A DNA stretch of 50,339 nt from assembly GCA_021836725.1 (NCBI GenBank), contig JAKBHL010000005.1:1-50339 (forward strand), in the 5' to 3' direction. Positions 20,774 through 29,783 of the stretch are shown here, piece after piece (within the stretch, counting starts at the first letter, position 1; each line of letters starts with the position of its first letter). The notes below the pieces were generated by a model. That model was given only the letters and a program-made list of their open reading frames with translations. It did not search any database and was not told the DNA's origin. This DNA is from a bacterium (GTDB taxonomy: Bacteria > Patescibacteriota > Minisyncoccia > Phycocordibacterales > Phycocordibacteraceae). Both the position numbers and the translations under genes were made by a program.

Positions 20774-20802
20774 TTGACATATTCTAATACATTATATATA
20801 TT
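20774..20802 (+). promoter_or_regulatory. Sigma70-like promoter for the small Cys-rich gene
   Basis: TTGACA-17 nt-TATATT in an AT-rich context. Confidence 0.6.
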
Positions 20803-20858
20803 TTTATCGGGTCAATATCGCGCTTCACAGCGCTCAACTGAAACAAGGAGTAACGGCC

Positions 20859-21050
20859 ATGTCTAAAGAATGTCCATCTTGTCACGAAGATGCTTATCAG
20901 ATTCTTCAATGCCGGAACGACAAGTGTCGCAGAATGTATTGTGAAAATTGCGCACCCACTCCTGGACTCTTGTTCCTTGTTCCTGGAATAACGCTAGAGT
21001 GTCCAGAATGTGGGGCGTACGGCATGATTATATCAAAAGATGATGATTGA
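20859..21050 (+). CDS. Small Cys-rich (double zinc-ribbon-like) protein
   Basis: CPSC, CRNDKC, CENC and CPEC in 63 aa; AAGGAG SD; low GC. Confidence 0.7.
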   Translation: MSKECPSCHEDAYQILQCRNDKCRRMYCENCAPTPGLLFLVPGITLECPECGAYGMIISKDDD

Positions 21051-21080
21051 TAATAATGCTAATCATCATCACCAAAAAAT

Positions 21081-21112
21081 AACACCCGATGAAGGATAAT
21101 TCATCGGGTGTT
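21081..21112. terminator. Bidirectional terminator hairpin
   Basis: AACACCCGATGAA-GGATAA-TTCATCGGGTGTT with A/T-rich flanks, between the convergent small gene and tRNA-Trp. Confidence 0.7.
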
Positions 21113-21175
21113 TCCCTTTAAATAATGTTTGTAAAAATCCAACACAAAACCGCTTTCGCGGTTGTTTCGTCTTTG

Positions 21176-21247
21176 CGGGCCCAGCTGGACTCGAACCAGC
21201 AACTCCGCTTTTGGAGAGCGATGTTTTACCATTGAAACTATAGGCCC
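21176..21247 (-). tRNA. tRNA-Trp(CCA)
   Basis: GGGCCTA acceptor stem, CGCT-CTCCAAA-AGCG anticodon arm, GGTTCGAGTCC. Confidence 0.93.
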
Positions 21248-21322
21248 GTGCATAAAGAGTAGCAGAAAGGGAGGTGGGGGAAAAGCAGCGCGTCGCGGTC
21301 ACGCGCGCGGTATACTGCGAGT

Positions 21323-22294
21323 ATGCGTTCCCGTATCCCCCTCCTTGCTTTTGCGCTCGTGGCAAGTTCGCTTGCTTTTCCGCACTTGGCGCACGCGGCC
21401 ATACCGTTTTTCGGTCCGATCATTCCCAATGCCGCCAATACCTGCCCGGCCGGATGGGGTCTGCTCATCGTCGTCATCAACAACATCATCAGTCTGCTCA
21501 TCACCCTGACTATCGTTTTCGTCGCGCCGATAATGATCGCATATGCCGGTTTTCTCTATGTAGTGAACCCGATAAATCCAGACAAAAGAAAAGAGGCGAA
21601 CGCCATTTTGCTCAACACGATCGTCGGCATCGTCATAGCGCTTGCGAGCTGGCTTATCGTCGACGCCATTATGGCGGTGCTTTATAACGGATCGTTTGGG
21701 ACATGGTCGTCACTTATCACGTCAGATGGCGCTTCATTCTGTCTTTCGCAAGCCGGAAGCCTCGTTGGATCCTCGGCCGGCCCGAATATGGGCGTTACGG
21801 GCGTGACGACAAGCGGGAATTATCTTTCTTTCGGCACCGGCGCTTGTTCTGCGGTGACGGTGCAGCAAGGAGCGCAACTGGGCGGGTACAATCTCACCGT
21901 GAATCAAGCGGACACGTTGGCATGTATCGCAAAACCGGAAAGTTCCTGCGGCGCGATTAATCTTAACTACGCTTGGGGGAAAGGTTCGAGCGCGGCGGGC
22001 GCGTTCCAAGTCCTACTTGAAGGCAACAGCAATTGTTATAACAACGCTGCCTGCGAGCAGGCAGTCGGCGCATCCGGGCCGCTCAATTGCGCTTCCGGAT
22101 TTTCAGGAGGGAACCCGAAAACCGATCCCGCCAGCCAGGCTATCGTGCAAAGATGCGTACAGGCGGCGGCAAACGTCAGCTGCAGTGCCGCCGCCGCCGC
22201 GTGCGTCCTGCAGCAACAGGGTTATTCCGCGTGGACTGCCGATCCAAGCAGTGCGACGCAGGCGCAGTGCGTCTCTCTATTTTCCGGCCAGTAA
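21323..22294 (+). CDS. VirB2-like pilin fused to a Cys-rich lysozyme/lytic-transglycosylase-like domain
   Basis: Signal peptide, pilin hairpin IAYAGFLYV...KRKEANAILLNTIVGIVIALASWLIV; C-terminal CIAKPESS...SSAAGAFQV. Confidence 0.65.
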   Translation: MRSRIPLLAFALVASSLAFPHLAHAAIPFFGPIIPNAANTCPAGWGLLIVVINNIISLLITLTIVFVAPIMIAYAGFLYVVNPINPDKRKEANAILLNTIVGIVIALASWLIVDAIMAVLYNGSFGTWSSLITSDGASFCLSQAGSLVGSSAGPNMGVTGVTTSGNYLSFGTGACSAVTVQQGAQLGGYNLTVNQADTLACIAKPESSCGAINLNYAWGKGSSAAGAFQVLLEGNSNCYNNAACEQAVGASGPLNCASGFSGGNPKTDPASQAIVQRCVQAAANVSCSAAAAACVLQQQGYSAWTADPSSATQAQCVSLFSGQ

Positions 22295-22300
22295 ACTCGT

Positions 22301-22885
22301 ATGAAAAGAAAACTCATCGTAGTACTTGCAATCATGGGCATCGCCGCAGTCGTAAGCATCGGATTCCTTTTCTTGCGACCGGGTACGCAGACAGCGAGTA
22401 CCCAAAATCAGAACCCCGCCGCATTTCCTTCGAGCAACACGATTCCTTCGACCAGTTTCTCAACGAATCCGACCGGAGGGACACTGACCGTGGCGAGTTT
22501 GAGCGGCAGTGCCATCGTAACGAACGATTTCATACATAACGGCGTGACCATACCAGATACCGCCAATGCTGGCCGCTATCTTCTCGCCGGGAATCTCGGC
22601 TACTGCCTAACCAATCCACAGAAATGTCAGGCAGGCACCACTACCGACTTCAATGTGTTTTACGACAGCACAGTCGGCTCGTTCACAATCGCGCTCTTGA
22701 AAGAACCACTCGGGCGGGTCCGGCTTGAAGCGGAACAATTCCTCATGCAGACACTCGGCATTTCTCAGGGGGATATGTGCCGGCTGAACTACTATGTCGG
22801 GACGACTTCAAACGTAAATCCGTACTATGATAGCAAAAATCTCGGATTCAGTTTTTGTCCGGGCGCGACGGTGCTTCCGCAATAA
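22301..22885 (+). CDS. Membrane-anchored exported protein, hypothetical
   Basis: N-terminal TM helix, S/T-rich linker, four Cys; 6 nt after the pilin fusion gene. Confidence 0.7.
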   Translation: MKRKLIVVLAIMGIAAVVSIGFLFLRPGTQTASTQNQNPAAFPSSNTIPSTSFSTNPTGGTLTVASLSGSAIVTNDFIHNGVTIPDTANAGRYLLAGNLGYCLTNPQKCQAGTTTDFNVFYDSTVGSFTIALLKEPLGRVRLEAEQFLMQTLGISQGDMCRLNYYVGTTSNVNPYYDSKNLGFSFCPGATVLPQ

Positions 22886-23777
22886 GTTCTCTGCGAAGCT
22901 TCCGCAGCCACGCACTCTGGCGGCGTGCGTACTGCCAGAGTTTTGCCGACAGCGTCGGCACGAGCGCCGCTTCGGTACGGTTCTGGCTTGGCGGTGAAAC
23001 CGCCAAGTTGACGTTCAAGCGGAGGAATTCACCGATGACTCGATATTCGAGTCCGAGCTCGTTTAGCCGCTGGTCGCCGACCCGTTCTCGCACTTTTCGC
23101 ACTTCGTCGATAAGTCCTCGCGCTATTGCAGACGCGAGCCGCGCATCGATTTTCGCACGTAACTCTTCGCGCTCCGGATCCACCACTATCCATTCCACCT
23201 CATATTCAACAAGGTTTAACCTTGTTCCAAAAGGGGGCGTATTTTCGGGACGAGGCGGGACATGCCCGAGTGAGTCGATGATTTCAAGAGCGCGGATAAG
23301 CCGCCGTCGATTCTTCGGATCAAGCTCGGCCGCCCGGCGCGTGTCCGTTTCGCGGACGCGCAGATACAGCTCCTCCGTCGAATATGTTTCGAGCGCGGCT
23401 CGCAACTCTTGGTTCTCATTGATTCCTGACGGGAGGCCGCGCAGGAGTGCATCAAAATAAAAATGCGTTCCGCCGACGAGGATCGGGAATTTCCCGCGGC
23501 CGGAAATCTCTTTGATCAGTCGTGTCGCATCCGTCACGAAATCCCCGGCCGAGTAATTCTCGCGCGCATCTCGGATGTCGATGAGATGGTGCGGTATCCC
23601 GCGCATCTCTTCGGGAGTTATTTTCTCAGTTCCGATATCGAGACCGCGATACACCTGCCGCGAATCGACCGAAATGATCTCGCCGCCGCGTGCGAGGGCC
23701 TCTTCGACCGCGCGCGCGGATTTGCCCGAAGCGGTCGGTCCGGCGATGCAGAGGATGTGTCGCATTTGTGCCGCCAT
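22848..23777 (-). CDS. miaA: tRNA dimethylallyltransferase
   Basis: IAGPTASGKS, SVDSRQVYRGLDIGT, PHHLID, VGGTHFY, RLIRALEI, YARRQ. Confidence 0.95.
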   Translation of the reverse strand: MAAQMRHILCIAGPTASGKSARAVEEALARGGEIISVDSRQVYRGLDIGTEKITPEEMRGIPHHLIDIRDARENYSAGDFVTDATRLIKEISGRGKFPILVGGTHFYFDALLRGLPSGINENQELRAALETYSTEELYLRVRETDTRRAAELDPKNRRRLIRALEIIDSLGHVPPRPENTPPFGTRLNLVEYEVEWIVVDPEREELRAKIDARLASAIARGLIDEVRKVRERVGDQRLNELGLEYRVIGEFLRLNVNLAVSPPSQNRTEAALVPTLSAKLWQYARRQSAWLRKLRRELIAEAPSRPDKN

Positions 23778-23819
23778 TGTCCGCGATGGTATCATAGCGA
23801 GAGCATAACCAATACAACT

Positions 23820-24479
23820 ATGAAAGAGACGCGAAGTAACTATTGCGAACACTGCGGCGAGTTCCACGACTCAGTGCGCGACTACACCTCGCGGGTGCGG
23901 GTGGGCGAACCGGTGCCTGATTTCGAGTTCGAAACGTACCATGAGGGAACGATCAAGACCATGAGCCTCTCACAACTGCGCGGGAAATGGGCGATCCTCG
24001 TCTTCTATCCGGCCGACTTCACCTTTGTCTGTCCGACAGAACTGGAAGAACTCGCGAAACTGTATCCGAAGTTCCAGGCGTTGAATGCCGAAATCATTTC
24101 TGTTTCTTCGGATACCGTTTTCACCCATAAGGCATGGCACGATGCCTCGGAAGGAATCAGAGGAATAAAATATCCGATGGCGGCCGACCCTTCCGGGAAG
24201 CTCGCCTACGCTTTCGGCGTCCTGGTGGAAGGCGGCGAAGCGGCGCTCACAAGCGATGAAGGGCTTGCGCTTCGCGGGACATTCATCATCGATCCTGCCG
24301 GAATATTGCGCGCAATGGAAATCAACGACAACTCGATAGGGCGCAAGGCCGCGGAAACATTGCGAAAGCTCCAGGCGGCACAGTATGTCGAGACGCACAA
24401 GGGCGAAGTATGCCCCGCTTCATGGGAACCCGGCGACGATACACTCGAGCCTGGTATCGATCTCGTCGGGAAGCTCTAG
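23820..24479 (+). CDS. ahpC: 2-Cys peroxiredoxin AhpC
   Basis: FYPADFTFVCPTEL and GEVCPASW; N-terminal CEHCGEFH extension. Confidence 0.9.
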   Translation: MKETRSNYCEHCGEFHDSVRDYTSRVRVGEPVPDFEFETYHEGTIKTMSLSQLRGKWAILVFYPADFTFVCPTELEELAKLYPKFQALNAEIISVSSDTVFTHKAWHDASEGIRGIKYPMAADPSGKLAYAFGVLVEGGEAALTSDEGLALRGTFIIDPAGILRAMEINDNSIGRKAAETLRKLQAAQYVETHKGEVCPASWEPGDDTLEPGIDLVGKL

Positions 24480-24541
24480 GAACCGAATTATCTCAACAAG
24501 ACAAGATACGCAAGCTTCTCTTTTCGTTTCAGATTCATGAG

Positions 24542-24624
24542 TGGGCGAGGAGGGAATCGAACCCTCACCCCTTGCGGGACACGGTTTTGAGTCGTGCGCG
24601 TATAACCAATTCCGCCACTCGCCC
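24542..24624 (-). tRNA. tRNA-Leu(CAA)
   Basis: GGGCGAG acceptor stem, loop CTCAAAA, variable arm CCCGCAAGGG, GGTTCGATTCC. Confidence 0.92.
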
Positions 24625-24679
24625 ATTTATGTACACTAGCATTTCGCTACGTATTTTTCATCGTGCTAAAATACACGCA

Positions 24680-25687
24680 ATGAGCGACGATGCGCGATAT
24701 GTGCCGACGAAGTACGACTCGGTCTTCTGGATCGAAGTCGATCGGGTCGTGCCGAACCCCTATCAGCCTCGAAAAGAGTTCAGCGAAGAGGGGCTGAAAT
24801 CGCTCGCGGAAAGCATCCGGCAATACGGCGTGTTGCAGCCGCTTGTGGTGAGCCGCACGGATGTCGAGAAACCCGATGGCGGCCTCGAAAGCGCCTATGA
24901 GCTCATTGCAGGGGAACGGCGCCTGCGCGCTTCAAAGCTCGCCGGACTCAAACAGATTCCGGTAGTTATCCGCCAGGGCGAGAACAACCTTACGAAACTG
25001 GAACTCGCTATCATTGAAAATCTCCAGCGGGAAGACTTGAACGCGATTGATCGGGCGAAAGCGCTTCAGAAACTCATCGAAGATTTCGGCATCTCGCATG
25101 CCGAGACCGCGGCGAAAATCGGCAAGAGCCGCGAGTACGTCTCAAACAGCCTCCGCCTGCTCTCACTGCCCGAGCACATGCAGAATGCCATCGTGGGGAA
25201 AGAGATAAGCGAAGGCCATGCACGCCCGCTCATGGCCCTGAACGATCGTCCGGAGGAACGCGAGACCCTTTTCAAAGAGATCGTCCTGAAAAAACTTCCG
25301 GTTCGCGCCGCCGAACGCATCGCGCGTTCTATCGCGCAAGAACGCGTGCGTTCCTACCACCGCAAGACGCCCGAGATGGCTGAAATCGAGAAAGCGCTCA
25401 CCGAAACCCTCGGCACGCGCGTCATCATCGAAACGAACGCCGAAGGCGGCCGCCTGCTCATCGATTTCTTCTCAAGCGATGATCTTTCGCACCTGGTTGC
25501 CACGCTTGCCGCAGAACAGGCGTTCCGGAAGGCCCCCGAGCATGCCCATGACGGAGAGAACATTACCCGTATCGCGCCACCTGTTTTCCCGAACACCACA
25601 CAACTTGAGGATGATCCCACACCGCCCGTCGCTCCCGGGGGATCGTCCGAAGACGAGCTTTATTCAGTGAGCGGTTTTACGGTGTAG
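24680..25687 (+). CDS. parB: ParB/Spo0J partition protein
   Basis: PNPYQPRK, GVLQPL, YELIAGERRLRA, IENLQREDL, HTH region GKSREYVSNSLRLL. Confidence 0.92.
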   Translation: MSDDARYVPTKYDSVFWIEVDRVVPNPYQPRKEFSEEGLKSLAESIRQYGVLQPLVVSRTDVEKPDGGLESAYELIAGERRLRASKLAGLKQIPVVIRQGENNLTKLELAIIENLQREDLNAIDRAKALQKLIEDFGISHAETAAKIGKSREYVSNSLRLLSLPEHMQNAIVGKEISEGHARPLMALNDRPEERETLFKEIVLKKLPVRAAERIARSIAQERVRSYHRKTPEMAEIEKALTETLGTRVIIETNAEGGRLLIDFFSSDDLSHLVATLAAEQAFRKAPEHAHDGENITRIAPPVFPNTTQLEDDPTPPVAPGGSSEDELYSVSGFTV

Positions 25688-27274
25688 ATTGGATTGAGTT
25701 ATTTTTCTGTGGTGTCGCGGTCGCGCCGGCTTCGCAGGTTCAGTCATGCCGAGCGCCGCGCGGATATGCCTGCGTGCAAGCGAGGTGCGCGCGATATCAA
25801 GCCATTTTAACGAAGGATGCGCCGCCTCGCGCCGCACTATTTCGACGACATCGCCGTTGCCGAGCACCGTGTCGAAAGAGACGAGCTTACCGTTGACTTT
25901 TGCGCCCTGAAGGTGGTTCCCGAGGTCGCTGTGTATCGCATATGCGAAATCAATCGGCGTCGACGCCGCCGGCAGGTCGATGACATCGCCTTTCGGAGTG
26001 AAGACGAATACGCGATGCGAGAAGAAATCTTCTTTCAACCCTTCGACGAAATCCTCGGAGCCGGCGATTTCCGCCTGCGCCTCGGCTAGTTCGGCAAGCC
26101 AGGGCGGCACTTTCGTTGCGCCGCGCACGCCGCCCTCTTTTTTCGATACCTTCATGAGCGACGGGATAAGCGAACGCCAGGATGAGGCGAGCGCCGCGAA
26201 CCTGCTTTTCTGAGTCTCTTTCTCAAGCTTATCCACTTCTTTCCCGAGCTGTTTGTAAGACATGTGCGAAGCGATGCCGAACTGCGCCCGCCGGTGCATC
26301 TCCTCGGTGCGGATTTGTATCTCGACGACGCCCGCTTCGGGCGTTACGACTGTCGTGTGAAGCGATTGGTAGCCATTGGGCTTTTTGAAGGCGATGTAGT
26401 CCTTAAACTCTCCCGGCAGGGGTTTGTAGAGCGCATGCACGATACCGAGCGCCGTATAGCAATCTTCGATTTTCGGCACGATTATACGTAGAGCCGCAAT
26501 GTCGTGGATGAGAGTGATGTCATCGTGTTTGCGCAGCAATTTCTGATGCAAGCTCCACAGTCCTTTCGTGCGGACATCGGTGCGGAAGGTCGTGAGCCCT
26601 TTTTTGGTGAGCTCGCGTTGAAGTTCCTTCTGCACTTTCACAAGGCCCGCCTCGGTCTCCTTCGTTTTCAGCTTCCGCACTTCGGCGGTGTGCGCGGCGG
26701 CATCCGGATCGACGAAAGGGAAGGCAAGATCCTCAAGTTCGCGCTTCATTTTACCCATGCCGAGGCGATCGGCGATCGGCGCATAAATCTCGAGCGTCTC
26801 GAGCGCGATGCGGCGCTGCTTATGCTCCGGCACATGGGCAAGCGTCTGCATGTTGTGATAGCGATCGGCGAGCTTCACGATGAGTACACGGATATCGCTT
26901 GCGGTGGCGACGAGGAGCCGGCGGAGGCTTTCGGCATGGCGTTCGGCACCATGGTATTTGTGCGTGCCGAGCTTCGTCACGCCATCGACGATGAATAGCA
27001 GTTCCTTCCCGAATTCTTTTTCCACCTCTTCGCGCGATACGCACGCGTCTTCGACGGCATCGTGCAGAAGACCCGCCGCAATCGTCGTCGCGTCCATGCC
27101 GTATTCGGCGAGTATTTTCGCAGCCGCCGCCGGATGCACGATGTACGGTTCGCCGGAAAAGCGCGTTTGGCCCGCATGCGCTTTCTTAGCGAATTCATAT
27201 GCTTTCTCGACGAACGCTACATCCTCGACAGACGGCGCCGACAGCTCACCGATAATCTCCTTGACGGTGGTCAT
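25664..27274 (-). CDS. rel: RelA/SpoT family (p)ppGpp synthetase/hydrolase (HD, synthetase, TGS; no C-terminal ACT domain)
   Basis: HAGQTRFSGEPYIVHP, LLHDAVED, KLADRYHNM, KPNGYQSLHT, EIQIRT, VFTPKG, TPIDFAY. Confidence 0.9.
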   Translation of the reverse strand: MTTVKEIIGELSAPSVEDVAFVEKAYEFAKKAHAGQTRFSGEPYIVHPAAAAKILAEYGMDATTIAAGLLHDAVEDACVSREEVEKEFGKELLFIVDGVTKLGTHKYHGAERHAESLRRLLVATASDIRVLIVKLADRYHNMQTLAHVPEHKQRRIALETLEIYAPIADRLGMGKMKRELEDLAFPFVDPDAAAHTAEVRKLKTKETEAGLVKVQKELQRELTKKGLTTFRTDVRTKGLWSLHQKLLRKHDDITLIHDIAALRIIVPKIEDCYTALGIVHALYKPLPGEFKDYIAFKKPNGYQSLHTTVVTPEAGVVEIQIRTEEMHRRAQFGIASHMSYKQLGKEVDKLEKETQKSRFAALASSWRSLIPSLMKVSKKEGGVRGATKVPPWLAELAEAQAEIAGSEDFVEGLKEDFFSHRVFVFTPKGDVIDLPAASTPIDFAYAIHSDLGNHLQGAKVNGKLVSFDTVLGNGDVVEIVRREAAHPSLKWLDIARTSLARRHIRAALGMTEPAKPARPRHHRKITQSNLHRKTAH

Positions 27275-27311
27275 GAGGGCTACTATACACCTCCGTCATT
27301 TTTCCTGAAGC

Positions 27312-29732
27312 TCATTTCAAATACTCGGCAGCTTCGGCGCTCGTGAGAGAGTCCGGATTCACGGAGTCGGGCACATAGATCCGGCGCAGGCCCTTTTTCA
27401 GGAAGAATCCCTGTTTTGATTTGTAGAGCACAAGACTCTTGCCCGTGCGCGGGTGCTTGCCGATTTCCCTTACGATCTCGACGCCCTTAGGCGGTTTCTT
27501 CGGTTCGGCCAAAAGAGCGAGTGCCGCATCAAGCGTGATGGTATACGGATCGCCTATATTGGCTTTGAGAGAGCGGAATTCGCCGTCGCTGCCGACGTAC
27601 GGTCCGAAGCGGCCGGTGGAAGCAAAGACCGGTTTTCCGGTTGAGGGATGCTGTCCGAGCTCGCGCGGAAGAGAAAGGTACTTGAGGGCATCGGCAAGCG
27701 TTACGTGCGCAAGGTCGGTACCGGGCGGGATGCTCGCGCGTTTCGCCGCTTTTCTGGGGCGTCCGCGCCCGCGCGCGGCGGCGCTTTTCTTTTTTGTTCT
27801 TTTCCCGTCTTCCGAAACGGTTGCCTTCTCTTTTGCCTGAGCGTTCGGTTCTTCGGGCAGTGCCATCTCGACGTACGGTCCGAAACGCCCGGTCTTGATA
27901 AAGATCGGCGCGCCGGTATCGGGGTGATAGCCGAGAGGCGCATCGTTTTTCAATTCCATGCCTTCTTCGGTGCGCGCCCCGAGACAATCGGGATAGCGCT
28001 TGCAACTCATGAAAATGCCGCCGCGTCCGAGTTTGAATTCCATCGGGCTTCCGCACAGCGGGCACGGAAATTCCTTCGGCGCGTCGCCGAGCGCAGTCGC
28101 TTTCGGCAGCTTATCTTTGGCATGGACCGCTTTCTCAAACGGGCCGTAAAAAGCCTTCAAAGTTTCCGCGTACCCGCGCTCGCCGCGCGCTATTTCATCG
28201 AGCTCGTCTTCCATTTCCGCGGTGAAGGTGTCGCTCACGTATGTAGGGAAATGCTCTTCGAGCCACCCGGAAACGACCATGCCGGTCGCAGTCGGCTTCA
28301 GAGCCCGGCCGAGTTTTTCGACATAGCCGCGATCCTGGATGGTTTTCATGGTAGAGGCATACGTTGAAGGGCGGCCTATGCCGCGTTTCTCGAGTTCCTT
28401 GATGAGCCCCGCTTCGGTGTAGCGATTCGGCGGTTCGGTTTGTTTCTCATCGGCGCCAAGCGAAAGGAGTGTAAGCGCGTCGCCCGCGGAAAACTTCGGC
28501 AGCTCGATGTCTTCGCCGCGCGCCGCCGTGTCAAGCGCAAGCCAGCCCGGGAAGATGGTACGCGACCCGCTTGCGCTAAAAAGAGGGATATCCGCATCGG
28601 CTTTCGCTTTTATAGTTGTGCGCATGATCCGCGCCGAGGCCATCTGGGAAGCGAGGGCGCGGGTACGGATGAGCGCGTAGAGCTGTTCTTCGTCCGGCGA
28701 AGCGCCCGCGCGAGCATGGGAAGGATCGGTCGGCCGGATGGCCTCATGCGCCTCCTGCGCATTCTTGCTTGTCGTCTTGAACGTACGCACGTGAAGATGC
28801 TCCTTACCGAATTCCTTTTCGATAACGCCCGCCATTTTCGCGATGGCCTCTTTCGCGAGATTTACCGAATCGGTGCGCATGTACGTGATATGCCCGGCTT
28901 CATAGAGTTTTTGTGCCGCACGCATCGTGCGTGACGGCGTAAACGCGAGGCGGGTTGAGGCGGTCTGCTGCAGTGTCGAAGTGGTGAAAGGCGGGCGCGG
29001 TTGCCGCTCTTCGGCCTTTTCGGAAATATCGGCGATGCTCCAGGAAGCGCTTCGCCCGGCTTGCACTAGCCGTTCTGCCTCTGCGCGTGTCGCGGGCGAT
29101 TGCACGCAGGTCGCGGCGAATTCTCCGGCTTCGGAATTGAAAAGCGCTTGCAAGAGGAAATACGTTTCCGGTACGAATGCTTTTATTTCGCGTTCGCGCT
29201 CCGCGAGGATACGCAATGCCGGAGATTGCACGCGCCCGGCCGAGAGCCCGTAGCGCACCTTCTTCCAGATAAGGCCGGAGAGGTCGTAGCCCACGATACG
29301 GTCGAGGACGCGGCGCGCTTCCTGCGCGCGGCGCAGATGCTCGTCGATCATACGGGGGTGCGCGAGCGCCTCCTCGATGGCGGTCTTCGTGATCTCGTGG
29401 AAGACAACGCGCTTCGGCTTCACGAGATCCGCAACTTCTTTGATATGCCACGCTATGGCTTCGCCTTCGCGGTCGGGGTCGGTCGCGAGATACACCTCAT
29501 CGGCTTTTCCCGCTGCATGCCGTATCTTCTCGATGATCTCCCGCTTTTCTGCGGGAACGACATAGCGGGGAGTAAAGCCGTCCTCTATGTCGACAGCATC
29601 CTTATTCGACTTCGGCAAATCGCGCACATGCCCGACCGAAGCGAGAACGGTGTAGTCCTTGCCGAGATAGTGCCCGATGGTGCGCGCCTTGGTCGGCGAC
29701 TCGACGATAAGCAGCGTATGCGTGGTTTTCAT
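27312..29732 (-). CDS. topA: DNA topoisomerase I
   Basis: IVESPTKA, ATDPDREGEAI, SAGRVQS, ITYMRTDS (catalytic Tyr), GIGRPST; one Zn ribbon followed by GRFGPY repeats. Confidence 0.96.
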   Translation of the reverse strand: MKTTHTLLIVESPTKARTIGHYLGKDYTVLASVGHVRDLPKSNKDAVDIEDGFTPRYVVPAEKREIIEKIRHAAGKADEVYLATDPDREGEAIAWHIKEVADLVKPKRVVFHEITKTAIEEALAHPRMIDEHLRRAQEARRVLDRIVGYDLSGLIWKKVRYGLSAGRVQSPALRILAEREREIKAFVPETYFLLQALFNSEAGEFAATCVQSPATRAEAERLVQAGRSASWSIADISEKAEERQPRPPFTTSTLQQTASTRLAFTPSRTMRAAQKLYEAGHITYMRTDSVNLAKEAIAKMAGVIEKEFGKEHLHVRTFKTTSKNAQEAHEAIRPTDPSHARAGASPDEEQLYALIRTRALASQMASARIMRTTIKAKADADIPLFSASGSRTIFPGWLALDTAARGEDIELPKFSAGDALTLLSLGADEKQTEPPNRYTEAGLIKELEKRGIGRPSTYASTMKTIQDRGYVEKLGRALKPTATGMVVSGWLEEHFPTYVSDTFTAEMEDELDEIARGERGYAETLKAFYGPFEKAVHAKDKLPKATALGDAPKEFPCPLCGSPMEFKLGRGGIFMSCKRYPDCLGARTEEGMELKNDAPLGYHPDTGAPIFIKTGRFGPYVEMALPEEPNAQAKEKATVSEDGKRTKKKSAAARGRGRPRKAAKRASIPPGTDLAHVTLADALKYLSLPRELGQHPSTGKPVFASTGRFGPYVGSDGEFRSLKANIGDPYTITLDAALALLAEPKKPPKGVEIVREIGKHPRTGKSLVLYKSKQGFFLKKGLRRIYVPDSVNPDSLTSAEAAEYLK

Positions 29733-29783
29733 GTGTCCGTCTGTTCACTCATAACGCGTATACCTATATATGGTCAAGTACGG

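Noticed and set aside
23463-23819. 119-aa N-terminal extension of AhpC in the ORF track (similar extensions on parB from 24410 and gyrA from 2231)
   Set aside because: The extensions overlap miaA, a tRNA or the upstream gene; downstream ATGs fit the family starts better.
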